A stretch of DNA of 32,000 nt from Polynucleobacter sp. MWH-CaK5 (lineage in GTDB: Bacteria; Pseudomonadota; Gammaproteobacteria; Burkholderiales; Burkholderiaceae): positions 256,020-288,019 of the forward strand of contig NZ_CP061299.1 of NCBI RefSeq assembly GCF_018687615.1, written 5' to 3'. The translations under genes were made by a program, and so were the position numbers. Positions 18,010-26,576 of this stretch are shown here, one piece after another (within the stretch, counting starts at the first letter, position 1; each line of letters starts with the position of its first letter). Below the pieces are notes generated by a model. The model was not told where the DNA came from and made no database searches. It saw only the letters and a program-made list of their open reading frames with translations.

Positions 18010-18939
18010 ATGAATTATCCATTGCATCTGGATATTCCAGTTTTGGTAATTTTCTTTAATCGACCAAGTAAGTTAAAGGAGAACTTGCAGCAACTTTCAA
18101 AAGTAAAGCCTAGAAATATTTATTTTACTTGCGATGGTCCAAGAAATAATTCTAATCAGGATCTGGTTCTTATAAGGGAGTGCCAAGATTTAATTGACAA
18201 TTATGTTACTTGGGAATGTACTGTAAATACCTATTATTCTAATATTAATTATGGTTGTGATGAATGGGTGCCTAGGTCTATCACATGGTTTTTTTCGCAC
18301 GTTGATCGCGGTATTATTTTAGAAGATGATTGTCTTGTTGGGGAGAGCTTTTTTATTTTTTCTCAGGAGTTGCTTACTCTATTTCAAAATAATTCTAAAG
18401 TAATGAATATTTCTGCAGCTAATTTTCAGAGTGTAAAGTTCGGTGACGCAGATTATTACTTCTCAAAATACCCGGCTAATTGGGCTTGGGCTACATGGAA
18501 AAGAGCTTGGGATTTATACGATTCATCGGTTGAAGGATTGGATGATTTTTTTAAAAACACAAATAATTTATCCACCATCTTAAAATCTTCTTCTGAGAGA
18601 AAGTATTGGAGGAGATTTTTTTTGGGGCTTAAATCTGGCAAGTATACATTCTGGGATGCCAAATGGCTTTACTCAATCTGGAAAAATAATGCCTTGTCCA
18701 TATCTCCAAACATTAATATGGTAAAAAATATAGGATTTGGATCTGACGCCACTCATACCCAGAATTTATCCGATGATATGAATATGAGGATTTCCGATTT
18801 AACATCCTCAATATCTCATCCAATTTTGCCTCTTGAAGTTAATGCAGATGCAGATTATTTGCTATTTAAAAATCGCTATAAGCCTAAGCTATTGGCTAGA
18901 ATTAAATTTACTCTCTTGAGGATTTGGCGAGCATTATGA
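18010..18939 (+). CDS. GT-A fold glycosyltransferase, GNT-I (GT13)-like, EDD motif; paralog of 14278-15264
   Basis: VLVIFFNR, YFTCDGPR, IILEDDCLV, NWAWATWKRAW. Confidence 0.5.
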   Translation: MNYPLHLDIPVLVIFFNRPSKLKENLQQLSKVKPRNIYFTCDGPRNNSNQDLVLIRECQDLIDNYVTWECTVNTYYSNINYGCDEWVPRSITWFFSHVDRGIILEDDCLVGESFFIFSQELLTLFQNNSKVMNISAANFQSVKFGDADYYFSKYPANWAWATWKRAWDLYDSSVEGLDDFFKNTNNLSTILKSSSERKYWRRFFLGLKSGKYTFWDAKWLYSIWKNNALSISPNINMVKNIGFGSDATHTQNLSDDMNMRISDLTSSISHPILPLEVNADADYLLFKNRYKPKLLARIKFTLLRIWRAL

Positions 18940-20117
18940 AGATCTTGACAATTAATGCTAGTGATAATTCAGTTGGTGGTGCTGCTAGGGTTGCCATAAC
19001 TCTACACAAAGCTATCAACGATATTCAAGGTTCAAGGTCAGATATGTTTGTTGGTAGAAAATACTCAACAGATTGCCGAACAAAAGAAATCCACAGAACG
19101 TCTTTCTCGAAATATTTGGCCTATTTTCTTTCTAATGATATTGATTTTTTTTCAACAAAATACTTATTGAGAAGCCCTGAATTTATATCCGCAGACATTG
19201 TTCATCTTCACAATATTAATGGTTGGTATTTCAATTTGAAAACATTAATTGAAATGTCAAAACTGAAACCAATAGTTTGGACTTTACATGATTTTTGGGC
19301 CTTAACTCCTCACTGCTCAGCCACATCTAGCCGTGATCTTAGCAATGGCCTATATAAGTGTTCGAATGCATCTATTTATCCAAGTATGCTTTGGAATAAT
19401 GACAGATACTTATCTTGGAGAAAAAGTAATTTGTATGGTGAATTGAGCGCTAATATTGTGACGCCTTGTTCATGGCTTAAAGACGCGGTGACTTTAACTT
19501 CATTAGGTAGCCAAGAGATTAGTGTTATACATAATGGGATTGACACAAATATCTTCCGCCCTTATACAGATTTATCAGATATTCGATCTGAGTTAAATTT
19601 ATCTAACAAGCCCATTATTTTGTATGTCGGCGCCGTGCAAGATGAGAATTTAATTAAAGGTTTTTGTGATTTTGTTTGGATTTCAAAGAATTGGAAAGGT
19701 TGTAATGTTCAGTTTGTAGCCATTGGCGGCGAGACTGATGGTGTTAGGGATGGAATTCACTTTATTAAGAAAATAGCAGATCAAAAATTGATGGCCAAAT
19801 ACCTAAATGTCGCTACGGTATTGGTACTTCCATCTAGATATGAAATTTTCCCATTAGTCGTTCTAGAGGCTTTGGCATCTGGCACTCCAGTGGTTGCTTA
19901 CGATGTGGGGGGGGTTAAAGAGTGCTTGGGTAATATTGAGGGCTGTTTTGTTGTTGAGAAGGAAAATAAATTGGCTCTTTTAGCTTCGGTGAGGCAAGCA
20001 GTAGAGGCAAATATTAGGTTAAGTGATAGGGTAACTCAGTTGATGGTTGATAAATTTTCATCTGAAATAATGGTTGCTCGGTATTTATCTTTATATAGAG
20101 AAATAATTAGTCAATGA
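18936..20117 (+). CDS. Family 4 (GT-B) glycosyltransferase
   Basis: C-terminal Ex7E region PSRYEIFPLVVLEALASGTPVVAYDVGG. The ATG at 18936 (MKILTINASD) overlaps the upstream stop (ATGA). Confidence 0.8.
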   Translation: MKILTINASDNSVGGAARVAITLHKAINDIQGSRSDMFVGRKYSTDCRTKEIHRTSFSKYLAYFLSNDIDFFSTKYLLRSPEFISADIVHLHNINGWYFNLKTLIEMSKLKPIVWTLHDFWALTPHCSATSSRDLSNGLYKCSNASIYPSMLWNNDRYLSWRKSNLYGELSANIVTPCSWLKDAVTLTSLGSQEISVIHNGIDTNIFRPYTDLSDIRSELNLSNKPIILYVGAVQDENLIKGFCDFVWISKNWKGCNVQFVAIGGETDGVRDGIHFIKKIADQKLMAKYLNVATVLVLPSRYEIFPLVVLEALASGTPVVAYDVGGVKECLGNIEGCFVVEKENKLALLASVRQAVEANIRLSDRVTQLMVDKFSSEIMVARYLSLYREIISQ

Positions 20118-20998
20118 TATTAGTTAGATTGAATGGTGGTTTAGGTAATCAGCTTTTTCAGTATGCTGCAGGGTATGCCCTTGCAAAGAAGAATAATGTT
20201 GAACTAAAGATTGATTTGTCATCATATTCTGAAAATAGATCTAGGCTGCCTGAAATTTTGAAATTATCAATATCAGCAAAAATTGCAGATATTGATGAGG
20301 TTAGGCGGTACAGAAATCCTTATGGGATTATTTCAAAAGTAAAAAGATTTATATCTCAAAAAATATATAAAAAATACTATGTTGATTGGGAGCCAAGTGT
20401 GTTGAATAAGTCTGGAAATATATATTTAGACGGTTATTTTCAGAGTGATTTATATTTTAGTCACTGTACTCAAGATCTAGTACGTGAATTTCAAATATCG
20501 CAGCAAAGATTAGACAACATATCCGATACCATAAGTTTAATTCACGGCTTACCTAACTGCGTCTCAATTCATGTGCGAAGGGGGGATTACGTGACCGATC
20601 ATAGGACCAAATTTTTACATGATATTTGCGGTAATTCTTATTTTGGGGAAGCAGTTGCAAAAATAGAAAGCATTCTTGAGAGCTGTAATTTTCTGGTATT
20701 TTCGGATGATATTGATTGGGTAATGAAAAACATGGATTTACCACAATCAACTCATTATATATCTGGGCGGACTCGTTATGATGGCAACGTTCTTGATTCT
20801 GTGGACGAGTTATATTTAATGAGTATTTGTAAGCATCACATCATATCTAACAGCACATTTAGTTGGTGGGGTGCTTATCTAAATTCAAGTGCTGAAAAAA
20901 GAGTAATCTATCCCAGTTTATGGAACAGAAGCTCATCTTTTAAGCATAGATATATTATTCCTACAACTTGGAATTCTCATAAAATAATAACTTATTAA
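20114..20998 (+). CDS. Family 11 alpha-1,2-fucosyltransferase
   Basis: GT11 motifs NGGLGNQLFQYAAGYALAKK, IHVRRGDY and ISNSTFSWWGAYL. GDP-fucose synthesis genes are present in the same locus. ATGA overlap with the upstream gene. Confidence 0.85.
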   Translation: MILVRLNGGLGNQLFQYAAGYALAKKNNVELKIDLSSYSENRSRLPEILKLSISAKIADIDEVRRYRNPYGIISKVKRFISQKIYKKYYVDWEPSVLNKSGNIYLDGYFQSDLYFSHCTQDLVREFQISQQRLDNISDTISLIHGLPNCVSIHVRRGDYVTDHRTKFLHDICGNSYFGEAVAKIESILESCNFLVFSDDIDWVMKNMDLPQSTHYISGRTRYDGNVLDSVDELYLMSICKHHIISNSTFSWWGAYLNSSAEKRVIYPSLWNRSSSFKHRYIIPTTWNSHKIITY

Positions 20999-21002
20999 AG
21001 AT

Positions 21003-22130
21003 ATGCTCAAAAATTTTTTTTGGGGTAGGGTGAATAACCACTATACAAATTACCTCGCTCCAATTGTTTTTTTACCATATTGTTTGGATGTTTTGCTTCA
21101 TGTCTTTTTTGATGCTACTAGCATATTTAAGTCAATACATGGGGCTTTTGCAGTTTCTATATTGATTGCAATTGCACTTTATTTTTTCATGAAAAAAAAT
21201 TGGCATATTAAATTTGATGTTGTGTCGATTTGGATTATCTTGATGATGTGTCAAGTAGCCTTATCAACAATTTGGAGTTTCCAGAATGTTGGGTGGTTCA
21301 ATATAGTCTTATTTGTTTGCTTAACTCTGATTTATTTAAAAAGACCAAGCCTCGTTGAGATTGATTTTGCTGTCCAAATATTTATGTCATTGATGGGGTT
21401 ATCAATATTGTTAAGTTTAATTTTCAGTATTAACGAGTGGGGCTGGACACAACATAATATTCGTCATCCATGGGTAAGATTATTGGGTTTTGAGATTAAG
21501 AGATTGGCTGGGCTTTTCCCTGGCCCTGGCATGCTAGGAATGACCTCTGCAATTCTATTAATATACAGCGCTGTTAATGTACAGAAAAGTACTTTATGTG
21601 CAATTTCTTTATTTGGGTTATTGTTGGCAGATTCAAAAGCCGCGTTCGTTGCAATTTTTTGTAGCGCTCTTTTACTTATTTTTTGTATGCGAGGTGATAA
21701 TCATCGCCACAAAAATCGGTTAATTCTTATTGTTGTAGGTGTCATCATGTATATGATTGCAATTCCAGCGAGTCTCTCATTGGAAAGCAATGAACATCGT
21801 TTATCAATATGGGGTTTGTCTTTTTTGGGTGGTGGTTTGACTTCTGGATCTCACCAGGGAGAGTGGGGGGTGGCAAGCCATCATCATAATTTTATTTTAG
21901 ATGCTATCTATCGAGATGGTTTTTTGTTGACTGCTATTTACACCCTGATTTTTCTTGTCATGTTAGTTTTTTTAAAACAAGCAACCAACAAGAGAAATTA
22001 TTTATTTTTGAGTTTGCTTATGCCGGTTGTGGTTTATTCCATGTTTGACCTAGGCATTATTTGGGGCAAGCTAAATATTGCAACTATGACACTAATCCTA
22101 GCAATGCTTGGTGAGAGTTCTGATGACTAG
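21003..22130 (+). CDS. wzy: Polytopic membrane protein, O-antigen polymerase (Wzy)-like
   Basis: About 10 hydrophobic segments and a Wzy_C/O-antigen-ligase-type motif near the C-terminus (HHHNFILDAIYRDGFL). Its position among unit-building glycosyltransferases argues for a polymerase rather than a ligase. Confidence 0.55.
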   Translation: MLKNFFWGRVNNHYTNYLAPIVFLPYCLDVLLHVFFDATSIFKSIHGAFAVSILIAIALYFFMKKNWHIKFDVVSIWIILMMCQVALSTIWSFQNVGWFNIVLFVCLTLIYLKRPSLVEIDFAVQIFMSLMGLSILLSLIFSINEWGWTQHNIRHPWVRLLGFEIKRLAGLFPGPGMLGMTSAILLIYSAVNVQKSTLCAISLFGLLLADSKAAFVAIFCSALLLIFCMRGDNHRHKNRLILIVVGVIMYMIAIPASLSLESNEHRLSIWGLSFLGGGLTSGSHQGEWGVASHHHNFILDAIYRDGFLLTAIYTLIFLVMLVFLKQATNKRNYLFLSLLMPVVVYSMFDLGIIWGKLNIATMTLILAMLGESSDD

Positions 22131-22971
22131 TTGTAATTCAAACTTCGATCAAAAAAGAATATCTGTTAGTGTTGTAATTCCCTGTTATAGGTCAAGTCAA
22201 ACACTTTGGCGAGCTATTAGCTCAATTAAGCGACAATCTGTATTGCCTTTAGAGGTACTATTGGTTGACGATTGTAGTGATGATAATGATGCTACATATC
22301 AGTTATTTCAAGAAATCAAGCTTGACGCAGAGAGGCATCGGTTATTTGATGTTGTTTTGCTGTCGCTCAGCGTCAATTCTGGCCCTGGCTGTGCCAGAAA
22401 TCTTGGCTGGGACGCGGCTCGTGCTGACTACATTGCATTTTTAGATGCCGATGATTCATGGCATCCGCTTAAGCTAAAGATTCAATATGAATTTATGATC
22501 TCAAATAAAAATATTGACTTATGTGCACACGGATCGGTCTCAAAAGTTGGTGGCGAATCTACTTTAGGCATCTATGATGGGCATTATCCCACTAAGTCAG
22601 TTAAATTATTTCCTATGTTGTTTAAAAATAATATTGCTACTAGAACTGTAATGCTTAAAAATAATTGCAAGGAGAAATTTCATAATCTTATGCGTTACGC
22701 AGAAGATTATGATTTATGGCTGAGAATTATTGGCTCAGGTGGCCGGGTTGTATATCTTGATATTAATTTAGCTTATGTTTACCGGTCAGAGTGGAGTTCT
22801 GGTGGTTTAAGTGGAAATTTATGGGCTATGCAAGTGGGGGAAAGTAAGGCGCTATTTAATCTTTATAGGTGCAAAAAAATTTCCTTTCCAGTTTTACTTA
22901 TCGCAGAAGTTTTTTCGTGGATAAAATTTTTACGAAGAGTATTCATTAAGAGAGTGATTGGAAATGAATAG
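22123..22971 (+). CDS. Family 2 glycosyltransferase
   Basis: VSVVIPCYRSSQTL, VLLVDDCSDD, FLDADD. ATG at 22123 is preferred. The track's TTG at 22108 extends further into wzy. Confidence 0.8.
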   Translation: MTSCNSNFDQKRISVSVVIPCYRSSQTLWRAISSIKRQSVLPLEVLLVDDCSDDNDATYQLFQEIKLDAERHRLFDVVLLSLSVNSGPGCARNLGWDAARADYIAFLDADDSWHPLKLKIQYEFMISNKNIDLCAHGSVSKVGGESTLGIYDGHYPTKSVKLFPMLFKNNIATRTVMLKNNCKEKFHNLMRYAEDYDLWLRIIGSGGRVVYLDINLAYVYRSEWSSGGLSGNLWAMQVGESKALFNLYRCKKISFPVLLIAEVFSWIKFLRRVFIKRVIGNE

Positions 22972-24112
22972 CTCTAAATCAAAAATTTGTATTGTTTGCG
23001 CTACTCCCTTGACCGTTCATTTTTTCTTTAAAAGACATATTGAAGGACTTGCCAATTTTTCAGATGTAGATTTGCTCATCAACTTAAGTAATGAAAAATT
23101 TACGCCAGATATAGATTTGCCAATTAAGGTGATTGATTTTCCAATTACGCGTCAAATTAAACTTATTTCAGACATAAAAGTACTGCTTATATTAGTCAAG
23201 CATCTCATATTGAATAAGTATGATTTGGTCTGGGGTATTGGCCCTAAAGCTGGATTGATATCTATGCTGGCTTCTTGTATTTGCCGCGTTAGATGTCGTT
23301 TATTTATATTTCAGGGCGAAGTCTGGGCATCTAAACAGGGTATAGGTAGATTTTTATTGAAAAAATTGGATCGGTTGACGGTCCGTCTTGCCACTTCAGT
23401 TTTGGCGGTTGGATTTTCTGAGAAGAAATACTTGGAATCTCAGGGCGTAGCCAAGAAGGATCAAATTCAAATTCTTGGTTCAGGGTCAATTTGCGGGGTT
23501 GATTTAAAGAAATTTAACGTCAATCGAGATGTGAAGGAAAAGCTCAGGTCTGATTTATCTATTCAATTGCAGGCTCGAGTGTGCTTATTTTTGGGGCGCA
23601 TCAACAGAGATAAGGGTATTTTAGATTTAGTGGATGCCTTTAAATTGGCTCATCAAAAATCACCCAATCTATTTCTATTGATCATTGGACCTGATGAATT
23701 CGGATTGAATCAACTGATTCAATCTGAGTTGGTTGGTTATGAAAACTCTTACAAAATATTAGATTTTGTAACTGATACGGAAAAATATTATTCAGTAGCA
23801 GATTTTTTCTGTTTACCCAGTTATCGCGAAGGTTTTCCTATCTCAATTTTAGAGGCGGCAGCATCTGGGATTCCAACGATTGGATCTGATATTTATGGAA
23901 TCAATGATGCATTAATTAATGGCGTGACAGGTATTCAATTTCCGGTTGGTGATATCGCAGCATTAGCAAATTCCTTGTTGAAATTCTCTGATAACTCTGA
24001 ATATTGTGAGGGATTAGGTATTTCAGCCAGGAATCGTGTTGTATTGAACTATGAGCAAAGTATGGTCTGCGATCGCTACGTCAATTTTATGAGGGAATTG
24101 CTTAAAAATTAG
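22964..24112 (+). CDS. Family 4 (GT-B) glycosyltransferase
   Basis: PSYREGFPISILEAAASGIPTIGSDIYGINDALINGVTG (Ex7E region). ATG at 22964 is preferred over TTG at 22958. Confidence 0.8.
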   Translation: MNSSKSKICIVCATPLTVHFFFKRHIEGLANFSDVDLLINLSNEKFTPDIDLPIKVIDFPITRQIKLISDIKVLLILVKHLILNKYDLVWGIGPKAGLISMLASCICRVRCRLFIFQGEVWASKQGIGRFLLKKLDRLTVRLATSVLAVGFSEKKYLESQGVAKKDQIQILGSGSICGVDLKKFNVNRDVKEKLRSDLSIQLQARVCLFLGRINRDKGILDLVDAFKLAHQKSPNLFLLIIGPDEFGLNQLIQSELVGYENSYKILDFVTDTEKYYSVADFFCLPSYREGFPISILEAAASGIPTIGSDIYGINDALINGVTGIQFPVGDIAALANSLLKFSDNSEYCEGLGISARNRVVLNYEQSMVCDRYVNFMRELLKN

Positions 24113-24126
24113 CGATAATCACGACT

Positions 24127-24687
24127 ATGAAGAGATTCCTTGATATCTTATTGGTCGTACTTTTTGCCCCCATTTGGCTACCTGTTTATGGCTTGGTTTT
24201 TTTCGTGGTATTGATCAGCTCCGGGCTCCCTGTTATTTACTGGTCAAAGAGAGTAGGTAAAGACAATGTTATTTTCTTAATGCCAAAATTTCGCACCATG
24301 AAGCTTGGTACGCCAACAGTTGCTACAGATCTATTAGTCAATCCTCAGCAGTATTTGATTCCTTTGGGCGGTTTTTTAAGAAAAACCAGCCTAGATGAAT
24401 TGCCGCAATTGATCTCTGTTATTAAAGGGCAGATGTCTATTGTGGGACCAAGACCAGCTCTATTTAATCAAGATCAGTTGATTAAACTAAGAAGTTCAGT
24501 GGGCGTTGATCTATTGAGGCCTGGTTTAACGGGATGGGCTCAAGTCAATGGTCGCGATGATTTAAGTGACCAGCAAAAAGTTACTTATGATCATGAGTAT
24601 TTGCAACGTCAGTCATTGCTATTCGATATCAAGATTATTGGGTTAACTGCACTAAAAGTGATTAAAAGTGGCGGGGTGGCACATTGA
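24127..24687 (+). CDS. Small monotopic phosphoglycosyltransferase (PglC/ItrA/WbaP-C-terminal type undecaprenyl-phosphate sugar-1-phosphate transferase)
   Basis: 186 aa with one N-terminal hydrophobic helix, then SLDELPQL (catalytic DE dyad), IVGPRP and GLTGWAQVNGR. These are canonical bacterial sugar-transferase motifs. Confidence 0.88.
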   Translation: MKRFLDILLVVLFAPIWLPVYGLVFFVVLISSGLPVIYWSKRVGKDNVIFLMPKFRTMKLGTPTVATDLLVNPQQYLIPLGGFLRKTSLDELPQLISVIKGQMSIVGPRPALFNQDQLIKLRSSVGVDLLRPGLTGWAQVNGRDDLSDQQKVTYDHEYLQRQSLLFDIKIIGLTALKVIKSGGVAH

Positions 24688-26576
24688 GTAAAAAAAATAC
24701 GCCAGCCTATTTGCAAAATTTATTCATTGAATTGCCTCGACCACTAAAAAAGACTTTTGTTTTAGTGGTCGATGGGTTCTTGATCTTGTTGGCGACATGG
24801 CTAGCCTTCTCATTACGTTTAGATAGTTGGGATGTTCCTAAAGACAGTCATTATTGGGCGTACTACTTGGCATTGGCTTTCTCATTACCAACTTTTATTG
24901 CTTTTGGCTTGTATCGAGCAATTTTTCGTTATGCGGGCCAATTTACCATTGTGGCCATTGCCAAGTCGTCAGCTCTTTATGGCGTTGCTTTATTTGTAAC
25001 TCTGAATTTGTTCTTTAAGCCAGAAGAAATCCCTCGCAGCATTGGCATCATTCAACCAATCTTGGCTTTCCTAGTAGTAAGTGCTAGCAGGTTCTCGGCT
25101 AGATTTCTATTGGGTCAAGTTTATCGGAATATTTTTGCGTATCAAGAGAGGCCTAAAGTCTTGATTTACGGGGCTGGTCAATCAGGAAGGCAGGCTGCTT
25201 ATTCAATCCGGGCTGCTGAGACCATGACGGTCGTCGGTTTTATTGATGACAATAAAACATTGCAGGGCGGTACGATTGATGGCTTAAAAGTTTATGGAGC
25301 AGAGCAACTCTTGCGATTAAAAGAAGTGGCTGGCGTGAGTGATGTTTTATTAGCGCTGCCTTCTACCAAAAGATCACGCAGAAGTGTAATTCTGGCCGAA
25401 CTATCAAGACATCATGTGCACGTGAGATCACTTCCTAATCTAGCAGATTTTGCTGATGGCACTTTACACCTCAGCGATTTAAAGGAGGTAGATATTGATG
25501 ATTTACTTGGTAGAGATGTTGCTTTAGAGCTTGATGTTAAGGACACGCTTCATCAAGGCAAAGTTGTTTTAGTTTCCGGGGCCGGTGGTTCAATAGGTAG
25601 TGAATTATGTCGGCAAATTATTCTTTTGAAGCCTAAGAAAATAGTTCTGTTAGATCACAGCGAATTTAATTTGTACACCATTGAGCAAGAATTGTCGGAA
25701 TTCACTCAGCAGCAGGGCCTAAAAATTGATTTACTGCCTAAATTAGTGAGTGTTTTAGATTATAAGAACCTACATGATGTTTTAAAGGCTGAAAAAGTTC
25801 AGATTATTTATCATGCTGCAGCTTACAAGCATGTACCCTTGGTTGAATCTAATATCGCTACATCAGTTAATAACAATGTTTGGGGAACTCTGAATCTAGC
25901 CAAGATTGCCCTTGAATCGGGTGTTGAGAAATTTATTTTGATTAGCACTGATAAAGCTGTTAGACCAACCAATGTGATGGGAGCAAGTAAACGCATCGCA
26001 GAGATGATTCTTCAGTCTCTAGCAGATAGAGGTGCCAACACTTGTTTCTCAATGGTACGGTTTGGAAATGTGTTGGGATCTTCTGGTTCAGTGATTCCGC
26101 TGTTTAGAAAGCAAATCCAAGATGGGGGACCAATCACATTAACAGATCCCGAAGTTACCAGATACTTTATGACCATTCCTGAGGCTGCCCAGTTAGTTCT
26201 TCAGGCAGCTAGAATGTCTCAGGGTGGAGAGGTATTCATTCTAGATATGGGGCAGCCTGTAAAGATTTTAGATCTAGCCAAGAGGTTGATTGACTTATCA
26301 GGCCTTAGTTTTAGGGATGATAAGAATCCTCATGGCGATATAGAGATTCAGGTGACTGGGTTAAGGCCTGGTGAAAAGTTGTATGAAGAATTATTGATTG
26401 GAGATAACCCTGTATCTACCAATCACCCCAGAATCATGAAGGGGCTTGAAAATTTCATGGCTTGGGATCAGCTAGAACTACAGCTTGCTCAATTAAGCGA
26501 TGCTATATTAATCAATGACGAATCTGCAATTAAAGGCCATTTAAGGACGTTGGTTGCTGGCTATGTCACGCAATAG
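24684..26576 (+). CDS. Membrane-anchored UDP-N-acetylglucosamine 4,6-dehydratase family protein (WbpM/PglF/CapD/Gdr type)
   Basis: Four N-terminal TM segments, then two Rossmann regions (IYGAGQSGRQ; VSGAGGSIGSEL), AAAYKHVPLVE (YxxxK) and ISTDKAV. TTG start overlaps the upstream stop (TTGA). Confidence 0.9.
   Translation: MSKKNTPAYLQNLFIELPRPLKKTFVLVVDGFLILLATWLAFSLRLDSWDVPKDSHYWAYYLALAFSLPTFIAFGLYRAIFRYAGQFTIVAIAKSSALYGVALFVTLNLFFKPEEIPRSIGIIQPILAFLVVSASRFSARFLLGQVYRNIFAYQERPKVLIYGAGQSGRQAAYSIRAAETMTVVGFIDDNKTLQGGTIDGLKVYGAEQLLRLKEVAGVSDVLLALPSTKRSRRSVILAELSRHHVHVRSLPNLADFADGTLHLSDLKEVDIDDLLGRDVALELDVKDTLHQGKVVLVSGAGGSIGSELCRQIILLKPKKIVLLDHSEFNLYTIEQELSEFTQQQGLKIDLLPKLVSVLDYKNLHDVLKAEKVQIIYHAAAYKHVPLVESNIATSVNNNVWGTLNLAKIALESGVEKFILISTDKAVRPTNVMGASKRIAEMILQSLADRGANTCFSMVRFGNVLGSSGSVIPLFRKQIQDGGPITLTDPEVTRYFMTIPEAAQLVLQAARMSQGGEVFILDMGQPVKILDLAKRLIDLSGLSFRDDKNPHGDIEIQVTGLRPGEKLYEELLIGDNPVSTNHPRIMKGLENFMAWDQLELQLAQLSDAILINDESAIKGHLRTLVAGYVTQ

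Noticed and set aside
96-20750. Short ORFs in the supplied track lying antisense or out of frame inside longer genes: 96-278, 1285-1482, 2762-2956, 4534-4725, 4722-4913, 4726-4977, 5545-5742, 6118-6333, 9316-9741, 10731-11021, 12522-12719, 16505-16696, 16987-17205, 17039-17248, 18456-18662, 20553-20750, and also 26668-26883, 27064-27255 and 29406-29642.
   Set aside because: Each is fully embedded in a longer ORF whose translation carries clear family motifs. Their own translations are low-complexity or Cys/Leu/Ser-rich with no motifs. They are most simply random open frames.
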